A stretch of DNA of 64,000 nucleotides from Pirellulales bacterium (GTDB lineage: Bacteria > Planctomycetota > Planctomycetia > Pirellulales > PALSA-1355): assembly GCA_963733035.1 (NCBI GenBank), contig CAVTBU010000005.1:480001-544000 (forward strand). The letters are read 5' to 3'. Of this stretch, positions 42,805 through 52,808 are shown in pieces. Made by a program: the position numbers and the translations under genes. Under the pieces are notes generated by a model. It did not search any database, was not told the origin of the DNA, and saw nothing but the letters and a program-made list of their open reading frames with translations. The first letter of the stretch is position 1. Every line of letters starts with the position of its first letter.

Positions 42805-43111
42805 CACAAGCTGCGCCCCTCTTGTCCCCACGCGTTCCGATAGTCACCATCCGACGCCGGACGCCACATTTTCCCGCCCCCAAAGTCGAAGACACTCCAA
42901 TACAATTGTCTCCGGCGGAACCCCTTTTTGGTTCCAGCCCTTCCATCGATGTCGGGGGCAAACACGTCGCAACTGATAGACTGGGCGCTATCGCGTCGAA
43001 TTTCGAACCGCCAACTTTTGTCGGCCACTAGCCCGCTGGCGGCAGCGCCAACTATAATCGGTGGTCGCCATCTAAATCCGCTTGTCTCGGTTCAAAGAAA
43101 AGGTGCCGCAT

Positions 43112-43519
43112 ATGCCGGTCCACATGGAGCTGTCGCGGATCATCATCAGCGAAATCAACGACCAACAGGTCATCTATTTGAAGGAAGTCGACGGGGAACG
43201 GACGTTTCCGATCCTGATTGGCATCTTCGAAGCCACCAGCATCGACCGCCGGGTGAAACAGTACCACACGCCGCGCCCGCTGACGCACGATCTGCTGGTG
43301 AGCGTGGTTGAAAACCTGGGCGCTGAACTACAGGACGTCGTGATCAGCGAACTCCGCGAGCATACCTATTACGCCAAGCTGCGAGTTCGTCACGAGGGCG
43401 AACTGATCGAAATCGACGCTCGTCCGTCCGACGCCATCGCCGTGGCCGTCACCTGCGATCCGCAACTGCCGATTTACGTCGCCGAAGACGTTTTGGAAGA
43501 CGTGCTGGGGGAGCAGTAG
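43112..43519 (+). CDS. Bifunctional nuclease family protein (DUF151)
   Basis: FPILIGIFEA, RPLTHDL, YYAKL, IDARPSDAIA. Confidence 0.92.
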   Translation: MPVHMELSRIIISEINDQQVIYLKEVDGERTFPILIGIFEATSIDRRVKQYHTPRPLTHDLLVSVVENLGAELQDVVISELREHTYYAKLRVRHEGELIEIDARPSDAIAVAVTCDPQLPIYVAEDVLEDVLGEQ

Positions 43520-43614
43520 ACCTTCGTGACGCCTCGGGCGATCCGATGCCTACCGTGTGTCGACGACGATTTTGGATCGGACGCGATGGTATTCGTCAAA
43601 AGGTGGCGAACATA

Positions 43615-44619
43615 ATGCAAATGCCTCGCTGTTTTGAATTTCGTGTGCCAAAGCTGATTTGTCTGGCTCTCTCCCTGGCACTCGTATCGGCCTCAGCCTG
43701 TGCCGACGAATTGCGGATGAACCAGCTTCAGGTGGTCGGCACGCACAATAGCTATCACGTGCGTGAAAAGCCCATCAAGAGCGGCCGCGCGTCGGTTTGG
43801 AATTACACGCACCCGCCGCTCGACGTGCAGTTGGACCGCGGCGTGCGGAGCTTCGAACTCGACCTGCATTGGCGCGGCGGCGAGTTTCAGGTGTTCCATG
43901 TGCCGATCATCGACGAGGGGACGACCGCTCGAAAACTCCCGGATGCGTTGGCGGTGGTGCGGAAGTGGTCTGAAAAGCACCCCAGGCACGTGCCGATTTC
44001 CTTCCTCTTCGAGTTGAAAAAGGAGGGCCCGGGTCTCGACAAGCGAATTACGCATGTCGATGTCGCGGGCTTCGAGCAACTCGACCAAGTACTGAAGGCC
44101 GGATTCGCTAGCGGGCAGATTATTACGCCCGATACGGTGCGCGGCGATGCCCCATCACTCCGCGAGGCAGTAACCACGCGCGGCTGGCCAACGCTCAATG
44201 AAAGCCGTGGCAAGGTATTTTTCATCCTCCACGATGATGATCAGCAGCGCGAACTCTACAGCAAAGCACATCCTTCGCAACGCGGTCGGATGATGTTCGT
44301 TCGCTCCGACGAATCGCGCGACGACGCGGCGACTTTGGTGCTTGACGGCCCCGAAAACCCCGACATTCCACGGCTCGCCAAAGCCGGCTACTATATTCGC
44401 ACCCGGGCCGACTCGAACCTCCGCACCGATTCGCCCGCGCAACCCGCGCGTCGCAACACCGCGTTCGCCAGCGGCGCCCACATCCTAAGTACCGACTTCC
44501 CACGAGGCGAGCCGGATGCGGCCAACGGCTACGTCGTCGAATTCCAAGACGACGCCCCCGCAAGGGTCAATCCCGTGAACGGCCCGGAAGCCTTACGGGG
44601 CGAGCCCTTTCAAGAATAA
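43615..44619 (+). CDS. Secreted Ca-dependent phosphoinositide-specific phospholipase C-like protein
   Basis: Signal peptide; GTHNSYH, QLDRGVRSFELD, WSEKHPRHVPI, GWPTL..SRGK, IRTRAD, SGAHILSTDFP. Confidence 0.85.
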   Translation: MQMPRCFEFRVPKLICLALSLALVSASACADELRMNQLQVVGTHNSYHVREKPIKSGRASVWNYTHPPLDVQLDRGVRSFELDLHWRGGEFQVFHVPIIDEGTTARKLPDALAVVRKWSEKHPRHVPISFLFELKKEGPGLDKRITHVDVAGFEQLDQVLKAGFASGQIITPDTVRGDAPSLREAVTTRGWPTLNESRGKVFFILHDDDQQRELYSKAHPSQRGRMMFVRSDESRDDAATLVLDGPENPDIPRLAKAGYYIRTRADSNLRTDSPAQPARRNTAFASGAHILSTDFPRGEPDAANGYVVEFQDDAPARVNPVNGPEALRGEPFQE

Positions 44620-44657
44620 CGTCGTCACAAGCGCTCGGCCGGAAGGCGAATCCGCTC

Positions 44658-46431
44658 CTATTGCATGCAATCGGCAAACGCTGTTTGCAAACACTTGAGC
44701 GCTTGTTTGCCGTGCTGGCCGTCGACGACGACGTTGACGCGAACTTCGCTGGTGCTGATCAAGTCAACGTTGATGCCGGCTTCCGACAGGCAGCGGAAAG
44801 TGCGGATCGCCACCTGGGTGTGGCTCCGCAGGCCAATACCGGACACGGACAGCTTGGCCACCCTTGGACTGCCGGTAATGGGACCACAGTTTAACTTGGC
44901 CGATAGTCCTTTCAGCAGGTCGAGGCATTCTTTGTACATGTCCTGCGGCACGGTGAAGCTGATCTTGGCTTGTCCCTCACGACCGTAACTCTGCACGATC
45001 ATGTCGACGAAGATACCCCCCTCGGCCACCGCTTCGAAAATCGTGGCGGCGATTCCCGGTTGATCCGATACCCCGCTGACCGTCACCCGGGCTTGCGACT
45101 CGTCGAGCGAGATATCGTCGATCGCCAACTCTTCCATCTTCTGCAGGCGCGAAACAACGGCCACCGCGTCGCGACCCAGCGTTGCCTTCGTTGGTGCCGG
45201 TGCGCCGCCGTTTGTCTTGGCCGGTTCGCGCTCGAGCTGGAACGCCTGGTGCACGGCGCAGCGCGGCGGGGGCCTGCTCGCGAGACACCAGGACGGAGAT
45301 TTTGATCTCGCTGGTAGTGATCATCTGAATGTTTACGCCGGCGTCGGACAGGGCGCGAAACATCCGCTCTGCGACACCAGTTTGCTCGGCCATGCCAAGA
45401 CCAACAACGGAAACCTTCGCGGCCTCGTCATTATGGACAACACCTTCGGCACCTAGTTCCCTGGCCACGTCCTCGGCTGCCGCGAGCGTCTCCCGCAGAT
45501 CGTCCTTGAGCACCGTGAACGACAAATCCGCGCTTCCGCCGGCACCGACGTCCTGGACAATCATGTCGACGGAAATTGCATGCTCGGCAATCTTCGAAAA
45601 AATGGCCAGGCTGGTACCCGGTTTATCGGGTACGCCGAGGATCGTCACGCGGGCTTCGTTCTTGGCGAGTGCCGCTCCACCGACGGGCTGTTCCGGAGAC
45701 TCAGGCAGCGCGGCGATGATCGTACCCGGCCGATCGCTGAAACTACTCCGCACGTGAATCGGTACCGAGAACTTTTTGGCAAATTCGATCGACCGGTTGT
45801 GCATGACGCCGGCGCCCAAACTGGCCAGTTCGAGCATCTCGTCGTAGCTCACGCGCTTTACCTGCCGTGCTTCGGCCAGCACGCGTGGGTCAGTCGTGTA
45901 TACGCCGTCGACGTCGGTATAAATCTCGCACGCGTCGGCTTCGAGGACCGCGGCCAGCGCCACGGCCGTCGTATCGCTGCCGCCGCGGCCGAGCGTCGTG
46001 ATGTTGAAGTCCTCGTCAATGCCCTGGAAACCGGCGGCAATCACGATCTTGCCCGCGTCAAGCGCTTTGCGCATCCGCTCGGTGGAAATCGACTGGATGC
46101 GAGCCTTGGTGTGGGTGCTGTCGGTTTTGATGCCGATTTGCGCCCGGTCAGACTGATCGCCTCGAAGCCCAGGGAATGAATCGCCATCGCCATCAACGCT
46201 ACGCTCACCTGCTCACCGGTCGACAGCAGCATGTCCATTTCGCGGGCCGGGGGTTGATCGGTGATTTGGTTCGCCAGGTCGATCAACAGGTCGGTGTTGT
46301 GCCCCATCGCACTTACCACCATCACCACCTGGTTGCCCTGCTGCCTTGCGCACGGCTCGGCGGGCCGCCGCCAAAATCTTCTGGCTGTCGGCCACGCTGG
46401 TTCCGCCAAACTTCTGCACAATTAACGACAT
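44658..46431 (-). CDS. lysC: Aspartate kinase with four ACT domains; three apparent frameshifts (near 46350, 46141, 45257)
   Basis: [50 protein letters not shown], two pairs of ACT domains ([14 protein letters not shown]). Confidence 0.94.
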
Positions 46432-46485
46432 GAAACAAGAATCCTTGGATTCCTCGGGAAGTGGAACGGTTGTCGGCTGGCAGCG

Positions 46486-47686
46486 TTACGTTCCCAGGAA
46501 GTAACGCATCAATTTCCAGCCATCTTCAAAGGCCAATGTCGATTGGCCGGCCGAGCGCTCTTCGTAAGTGCCTAACGCATCGGGCGCGACGCCCGTGCCC
46601 GCCAGGGCAAAGGGCACGAACCCATGACTATGCGTCTTGGTGCGCACCGGTGTAGGGTGATCGGGAGTCACCAGGATGCGATAGTCGCCTCGCGCGCAAG
46701 CGCTTCATGCAGCGGCGCGACGATGTGCCGATCGATTTCCTCGAGGGCTTTCATCTTCGCCGCGATGTTGCCTTCGTGCGAGGCCTCGTCGGGGGCTTCG
46801 ATATGCACCGTGACCAGGTCGACTTCATCTAAGGCTGCAATTGCCGCGCGGCCTTTTGCCGCGTAGTCGGTATCGAGATACCCCGTGGCGCCCGGCACTT
46901 CAATCCGCTTCCAGCCCAACAGCACCGCCAATCCGCGCAATAAGTCGACGGCGGTGATCATTGCTCCAGTCTTGCCGTAGACCTCCAGGAAGGACGGAAC
47001 CGCCGGCGCTCGTCCCTGGCCCCACAGCCAGACGTTGGTGGCCGGCAGGCGGCCCGTCTTGCGCCGTTGCCGGTTCACCTCATGCTCGGCAAAAATCGAC
47101 ATGCTTTCGCTCATCAGCAGGTTAAGTAGCCCGCTGCCGGGTCCACGCGGGTAGTCATCGAGCACCGATTTGTCCGTCAGGTCGTGGGGCGGAGTGGCCC
47201 GTGTATCCGCCGTAAACGGTGGCGGCGAGCTACCTCCCCGATAGATCAGTAGATTGCGATAGCTCACTCCGGGCACAAATTCGAGTTCTGGCCTGGCAAG
47301 TTTCTCCTGCAAGGTGCCCAATAGTTGCGTGGCTTCCTCGGTCGAAATGTGGTCGGCCGTGAAGTCGCGCATCGTTTGGTTCTCGATCGTGACCAGGTTG
47401 CAGCGAATGGCGCAGTCGTTGGGTCCGAGTTGAATCCCTTGCGCCGCGGCCTCCAGGGCGCTCGCCCCGTGAAGTACTTGTTCGGGTCGTAGCCCAGCAG
47501 GCTCAGGTTGGCCACGTCGGAACCCGGTGGGAGATGCGACGGCACGTGGTTGGCCCGTCCCACGACTCCAGCGCCGGCAATCGCGTCCATCGCCGGTGTG
47601 CTGGCGGCTTCGAGCGGTGACTTGCCGTCGAGTGTCTGCTGCGGCTCGTCGGCACATCCGTCCGGAATGACCAGTACGTATTTCAT
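46486..47686 (-). CDS. apgM: ApgM-type cofactor-independent phosphoglycerate mutase family protein (proposed homoserine kinase subfamily); two apparent frameshifts (near 47459, 46694)
   Basis: IPDGCADEP..SPLEAA.TP.MD, PGSDVANL, GRAPLEA, SYRNL, PPHD, HIEAPDEASH, PDHPTP..TH. Confidence 0.88.
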
Positions 47687-47737
47687 CGTGAAAACCGTCG
47701 GGCGGAACGGGTCGTTCCGCGCTCCAAAAAATGCCGG

Positions 47738-49036
47738 CTAATCCCGCACGCGCATGCGTACGCTGGGACCCCGCATGAATGCCAGCCGATCGATGGCCGA
47801 AAGCGCGCGGCCCAGTGCGCCTTCGGTGGTATTGTGCGTCATGATGACCAAAGGGACAACGCCCGCAGCCTCGTCCTCGGCTTCGTGCTGAATGACCGAA
47901 GCAATCGAAATGTTCTGCTTGCCCAGCAGGCCGGCAATCTCGGCCAGCACGCTCGGCTGGTCGGCCACGTTGAACCGCAGGTAATAGCGCCCAGCTACAT
48001 TCTCGTAATCGCTGATTGACACGCGTGCAGTGCCGTTACCCCACATCTCAAGCGTGCGAAACGTGATTGCCGCCCGTCCAACGACCGTGTCAATCAGGTC
48101 GGCCACGACGGCCGACGCAGTCGGCATTTGGCCGGCTCCCAATCCGGAGAAGAACACGCGCCCCACGGCATCCCCCACCACGCTCACGGCGTTGTACGCG
48201 CCACGCACTTCAGCCAGCGGGGCACCGGATTTGACGAGGGTCGGCGACACGTGAAGTTCCAATCCCGCCGGCGTGAGTTGCGCAACGGCCAACAATTTGA
48301 TCCGATAGCCAAGCTCCCTGGCATATCGCAAATCGGCCAGATCGAGCGTGTCGATACCTTGCCGGGGTATCGCGTTCCAATCAGCGTGCGCGCCAAACGA
48401 CAAGTGGGCCAGAATCGCGAGCTTCTGAGCCGCGTCGGTTCCGTCAACGTCCATGGTCGGATCGGCCTCGGCATAGCCTAATCTCTGTGCTTCGCGAACC
48501 GCGTCCGCATACGTGGCGCCATGAGCCTCCATCTGCGTGAGGATAAAGTTGCTCGTACCGTTGAGGATCGCATGGATCGATTCGACTTGATTCGCCGAGA
48601 GGCACTGGCTGAGATTGGCGATAATCGGGATGCCGCCAGCCACCGCAGCTTCGAAGGCAATCGAACGCCCGAGTTTTCGGGCTCGGGCGAACAGCTCTTC
48701 ACCGTGCGCAGCCAGGAGGGCCTTGTTGGCGGTGACGAGATCCTTGCCGCACTCCAGAATCTCAAGGGCAATGGTCCGTGCCGGCTCCAATCCACCCACG
48801 AGCAATGCGACGACCCCGATCTCCGGGTCGGCGGTAACCCGCCGCAAATCGGCCGAAACAATGCCTCTCGGGAGCTGAATTCCGCGTGGCTTGGCGAGGT
48901 CTTGGACCACCACCTGGGCCAAGACCAACCGCCGACCGGCGTGACGTTCGAGCCGTGGGCCATGTTCAAGCAGCAGTCGGGCGACCCCGGAACCGACGGT
49001 TCCCAGGCCGATCAGCGCTATTTTCGTTTCGGACAT
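47738..49036 (-). CDS. hom: Homoserine dehydrogenase with C-terminal ACT domain
   Basis: GLGTVGSG, VTANKA, EAAVAGGIP, NGTSNFIL, GYAEADPTMDVDG.DAAQK, GAGQMPTASAV. Confidence 0.97.
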   Translation of the reverse strand: MSETKIALIGLGTVGSGVARLLLEHGPRLERHAGRRLVLAQVVVQDLAKPRGIQLPRGIVSADLRRVTADPEIGVVALLVGGLEPARTIALEILECGKDLVTANKALLAAHGEELFARARKLGRSIAFEAAVAGGIPIIANLSQCLSANQVESIHAILNGTSNFILTQMEAHGATYADAVREAQRLGYAEADPTMDVDGTDAAQKLAILAHLSFGAHADWNAIPRQGIDTLDLADLRYARELGYRIKLLAVAQLTPAGLELHVSPTLVKSGAPLAEVRGAYNAVSVVGDAVGRVFFSGLGAGQMPTASAVVADLIDTVVGRAAITFRTLEMWGNGTARVSISDYENVAGRYYLRFNVADQPSVLAEIAGLLGKQNISIASVIQHEAEDEAAGVVPLVIMTHNTTEGALGRALSAIDRLAFMRGPSVRMRVRD

Positions 49037-49320
49037 GGCTCAAGCCGGAGATTCCAAGTGGAAAGAATCAAACATCTTAGGACGCGGATTCCGTAGGAGT
49101 CAAGCGGCCGTAGCGAACACAAAGGCAAACATGGCATGCCTGCGGGGGACGTGGTTTTTAACTGAAACGGACGAAAAAACCCCGCCAAAACAGACAAAGT
49201 ATCCGTGTTACGTAATTGTGAAATTTTGGCGATTTAGCTTGCATGTAGCTGCACGTCGAGGGTAGATTATGTGCAGTCTATTTTGAAGTTCCCTGGCACC
49301 CCCAACGATCGACCCCGCCA

Positions 49321-50088
49321 ATGATGCCAAACCGAACACGCCAACGCTTTCTCGCGGCGCTGCTTGTCGGCGCATTTCTCTTCTGTTGCGCTCAAGAAGG
49401 CCGAGCTGAGTTCATCGGTTCGGCAGTCAACATCCAAATCTGGAACAGCACAGACTCGGGCAACTTTGAACTTGATTTAGCCATCCCAAGCGACCCCTGG
49501 AGTTGGGAATTGGCTGCCCCGGTGCAAATCTACGGTAAGAACGACCCGGGCAATTTGATGGCGACGATCGATTCACTCAGCGTGGGGCTGAACGGCGATC
49601 CCGCAGTCAGTTTGAGTTTTGCAGTGACGGCCGGCAGTGCCGCGACGGTAATTTCTGTCAGTTCGTCAACGGTGCTATTTTCGCCAATCGCCAACGCCGA
49701 CGCGTTTGCCACCGCGGCGATTTCACTTACCGATGGCAACGGCAACGGTGCTTCGCTCATCGGCGGCTTTAGCGGCAAGTCCTACGAAGCCCAATACAAT
49801 GGTGGCACGATCTACACGGACTTGGTCTCTGGATTCTCAGCCGGAGCCGATGCGTCGAGCATTAACAGCGAACGCACTCCCACGACGGGAACTGCTACGA
49901 TCCCGGGTACCATCAGCAGCATTCAGTCGCAGTTCGGCTTTCTCTTGTCGGCCCACGATTCGGCAAGTGGCACCAGTCGTTTCCAAGTGACTTCGACCAA
50001 CAACATTCCTGAGCCCTCGACATGGGCTCTGGCATGTTTGGCCCTGATTGGCTGGACTTGGCTCAGACGCCACAATACCCTCCGATAG
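49321..50088 (+). CDS. PEP-CTERM sorting domain protein (paralog 1)
   Basis: Signal peptide; Ser/Thr/Gly-rich body; IPEPST + hydrophobic helix + RRH. Confidence 0.9.
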   Translation: MMPNRTRQRFLAALLVGAFLFCCAQEGRAEFIGSAVNIQIWNSTDSGNFELDLAIPSDPWSWELAAPVQIYGKNDPGNLMATIDSLSVGLNGDPAVSLSFAVTAGSAATVISVSSSTVLFSPIANADAFATAAISLTDGNGNGASLIGGFSGKSYEAQYNGGTIYTDLVSGFSAGADASSINSERTPTTGTATIPGTISSIQSQFGFLLSAHDSASGTSRFQVTSTNNIPEPSTWALACLALIGWTWLRRHNTLR

Positions 50089-50152
50089 AGGGGATCGAGC
50101 GGGATTGCCGTCCCTGCCGTCACGCAAAGTAGCATAAAAAAGCAAAAAAAGC

Positions 50153-50182
50153 TTGCGTTGCCGCGAAGTTGGCAACTATACT
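50153..50182 (+). promoter_or_regulatory. Candidate sigma70 promoter with a palindrome across the spacer
   Basis: TTGCGT-N18-TATACT after an A-tract; GTTGCC-N8-GGCAAC at 50157-50176. Confidence 0.4.
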
Positions 50183-50238
50183 CGCCCGAGTAGCTTCAAG
50201 CTTACGCCTTCCGTTCCTATCGCTACAGTGAGTCGTCC

Positions 50239-50991
50239 ATGAACCGGACCATTGTAACACGCTCGACTGGTTGGACCGTCGGTTGTTGTGTCCTCATTGC
50301 TTTGACTTCCATGCCCGGTCGGGCTTACGCCACTTTCGTGGGGACGCTCCTGGACGTCCAAGTTAGTGCTGGCAGCGACACGGGTGAATGGACACTGGTT
50401 ATCCCGACTCCCGACGATCCGCTATTGTGGCAGCTTAATGGTCCGATTGATATCTATAGTTCGCAGAACGCCAATACGTTGTTGGCTTCGATCGACGATC
50501 TCACGTTGCAGCTTAACGGTGATCCGCAAGTCTTGGTCAATTTCGCCGTCACGGCTGGCGGTACGAATACCAATTTCTCAATCAGCTCCGCGCTCGTTGC
50601 GTTTTCACCATTGACGAACCCTCAAGCGTTCGCGACGGCTGCGGTCACGGTTACCGATAACGACAGCAACGGTGCGACAGTGAGCGGCTCGTTCCCCGGC
50701 AGCAAGGCTTACGAGGCGACCTACAACGGTGGAACGGTGTTTGCCGACTTGGTTTCGCCCGTAATCGCGCCGGTCGATAGCTCCAACATCGGCAGCCAAC
50801 GGAACCCCCTGGCGGGCACGATTCCTATCGCCGGTTCGGTCAGCAGTATTGCGGCCGGCTTCAGTTTTGTACTCACGGCAAGCGACTCTGCCAGCGGCAC
50901 CAGCCGGTTCAGCGTTGTGCCGGAGCCTTCCACCGTGGTTCTTTCCCTGATGGCGATTGCTGGTCTGTTGTGGGCTTGTCGCCGCAAGTAA
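50239..50991 (+). CDS. PEP-CTERM sorting domain protein (paralog 2)
   Basis: Signal peptide; VPEPST + TM + RRK; colinear similarity to the upstream gene. Confidence 0.9.
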   Translation: MNRTIVTRSTGWTVGCCVLIALTSMPGRAYATFVGTLLDVQVSAGSDTGEWTLVIPTPDDPLLWQLNGPIDIYSSQNANTLLASIDDLTLQLNGDPQVLVNFAVTAGGTNTNFSISSALVAFSPLTNPQAFATAAVTVTDNDSNGATVSGSFPGSKAYEATYNGGTVFADLVSPVIAPVDSSNIGSQRNPLAGTIPIAGSVSSIAAGFSFVLTASDSASGTSRFSVVPEPSTVVLSLMAIAGLLWACRRK

Positions 50992-51247
50992 AACCGCGCA
51001 CCGGCTCAATTCCCAGCCAACGCTGGTGGCTAACCCGCCGGCGTTTCTTAACTGTCACGCAGTGCGTGCGCATGGTCCGTTTGTACGGCCTGCGGAAAAT
51101 GATCCAAAGTCGGTAAGTCGTCGGGTCGGTGAAACGCTTACGGCAAACGTCAGACGTTTCATGTATCGTCCGCAAACGTCCGAAACCTCCGTAATGGTCC
51201 GACGCGCACGTTGCCCGTCGGGCGTAGAATGCACGGAGGTTGCTCCC

Positions 51248-51499
51248 ATGCCAAGGATTGCTCCCACGGGCGAATCGCCCAAGGTCCGAGCCACGCTTTA
51301 TCTATCCTTCGAAGTCCTGGACGAAGCTCGCAATGCCGCCGTGCATCTGGCCGGTTATCCGGCGCGGTTGACGCTTACCAAGCTTGCCGAAGATGCCATC
51401 CGTCACGAACTTCGTCGCCTGAAAGACAAATACAACGAAGGCCGGGATTTTCCAGAACGTGGCGAGGATTTGAAAGGGGGCCGGCCCATCGCTGCTTAA
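51248..51499 (+). CDS. Small ribbon-helix-helix-like DNA-binding protein resembling the ParB_C centromere-binding family
   Basis: GGAGGT RBS; RATLYLS beta strand, two helices, LAEDAIRHELRRLKDKYNEGRDFPER..LKGGRP tail. Confidence 0.6.
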   Translation: MPRIAPTGESPKVRATLYLSFEVLDEARNAAVHLAGYPARLTLTKLAEDAIRHELRRLKDKYNEGRDFPERGEDLKGGRPIAA

Positions 51500-51636
51500 A
51501 TGGTGCCCGCCATGGTACGCACGACGATTAAGACATCAGCTGACTCCGGCCAGCGCGAAGCGCTACGCCGCGAACTGTTGCGGATGATCGTGAAGAATGA
51601 AGCACGACGCCGCGATCAACGCAAGGCCCTGGTTAA

Positions 51637-52650
51637 GTGAAAACCGCTTTGGCAATTGGGTTCTGCCTGCTGGCGGCGCTTCCCGCGCGCGCGCAACCAA
51701 CCGCGCACATTCACCCGGCCGTGGCGCGAATTGTCGCTCCCGGCGATGGGAGCATATCCTACGGCTCCGGTACGTTGGTCTATTCCAACGACAACTACGG
51801 CTTGGTGGTCACGAATTGGCACGTCGTCAACGAGGCGACGGGACCGATCTCGGTCCACTTTCCCGATGGCTTTTACTCCCTCGGCACAATCCAAAACGTC
51901 GACCGCGATTGGGACCTGGCTGTAATCGCCATTCGCCGCCCCAATGCCACTCCGGTACCAATTGCCACCGCCCCCCCCCGCCAAGGCGAAATCCTAACAA
52001 TCGCCGGATATGGTTCCGGCCAGTATCGAACAGCCAGCGGTCCCTGCACGCAATACGTTGCACCGGGGTTGGACTTTCCCTACGAAATGGTCGAAGTCGC
52101 CGTGTCAGCACGCCAAGGCGACTCGGGCGGTCCTATCTTCAACCAGCAGGGCCAGTTGGCTGGTGTTCTGTTTGGCGAAGGAAATGGACGTACCTCCGGT
52201 AGCTACTGCGGCCGCGTGCGGTGGTTTCTCACGAGCGTCGTGCCGCGTCTGCCGGATGAGTCCGCACTGGTCGCCGCACGGCCACTCGAATCGCTTCCGA
52301 AACGTCCAGCCGCGGTTATGACGGAAGCACCAACGGCCGCGGCAAGCCAAGCGAATCGCAGCCGGCCAGTCGCGGCCGTGGCGACAATGTCCGCGCAGGT
52401 GGGGCAGGCCACGGCTCCCCTTGAACCGCCCCACCAGCCAGCGGTTTCGGCTGCGGGAGATTCGGCACCCCTCGCCGCCAGCACGCCATTGTCCGAAGAT
52501 CAGTCGCCCCAGACGCTGCAAATTAGCTGGCAGGACATTGCCGGTGAAACTCTAGGCGAACAGGCCAAAACCTTGCTGGCGGGAATTGGCATCCTGGCTG
52601 TCCTGCTGCAAGTTCTACGCTGGTTAAGTCGCGAGGAGGCCGTCGCATAA
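51637..52650 (+). CDS. Trypsin-like serine protease with C-terminal membrane anchor
   Basis: GSGT, TNWHVV (His), DWDLA (Asp), GDSGGP (Ser); signal peptide; Pro/Ala linker; C-terminal TM. Confidence 0.9.
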   Translation: MKTALAIGFCLLAALPARAQPTAHIHPAVARIVAPGDGSISYGSGTLVYSNDNYGLVVTNWHVVNEATGPISVHFPDGFYSLGTIQNVDRDWDLAVIAIRRPNATPVPIATAPPRQGEILTIAGYGSGQYRTASGPCTQYVAPGLDFPYEMVEVAVSARQGDSGGPIFNQQGQLAGVLFGEGNGRTSGSYCGRVRWFLTSVVPRLPDESALVAARPLESLPKRPAAVMTEAPTAAASQANRSRPVAAVATMSAQVGQATAPLEPPHQPAVSAAGDSAPLAASTPLSEDQSPQTLQISWQDIAGETLGEQAKTLLAGIGILAVLLQVLRWLSREEAVA

Positions 52651-52808
52651 ATCTCGTTGGCACCAATCGACACCTCGGTAGGCGTGCTGACCCTGCTCGC
52701 CGTGGTCCCACACGGTAGAATAACGACGGTACCCCCGGGCATCCGAATGTCGGCAAACGTCAAATCCCCACACAGCCCTTTCGACCGCCCGCTGGAATTG
52801 CACGCTCT

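Noticed and set aside
49226..49243. sigma54 promoter for the PEP-CTERM gene (TGGCGATTTAGCTTGC)
   Set aside because: GG to GC spacing is 11 nt rather than the required 10.
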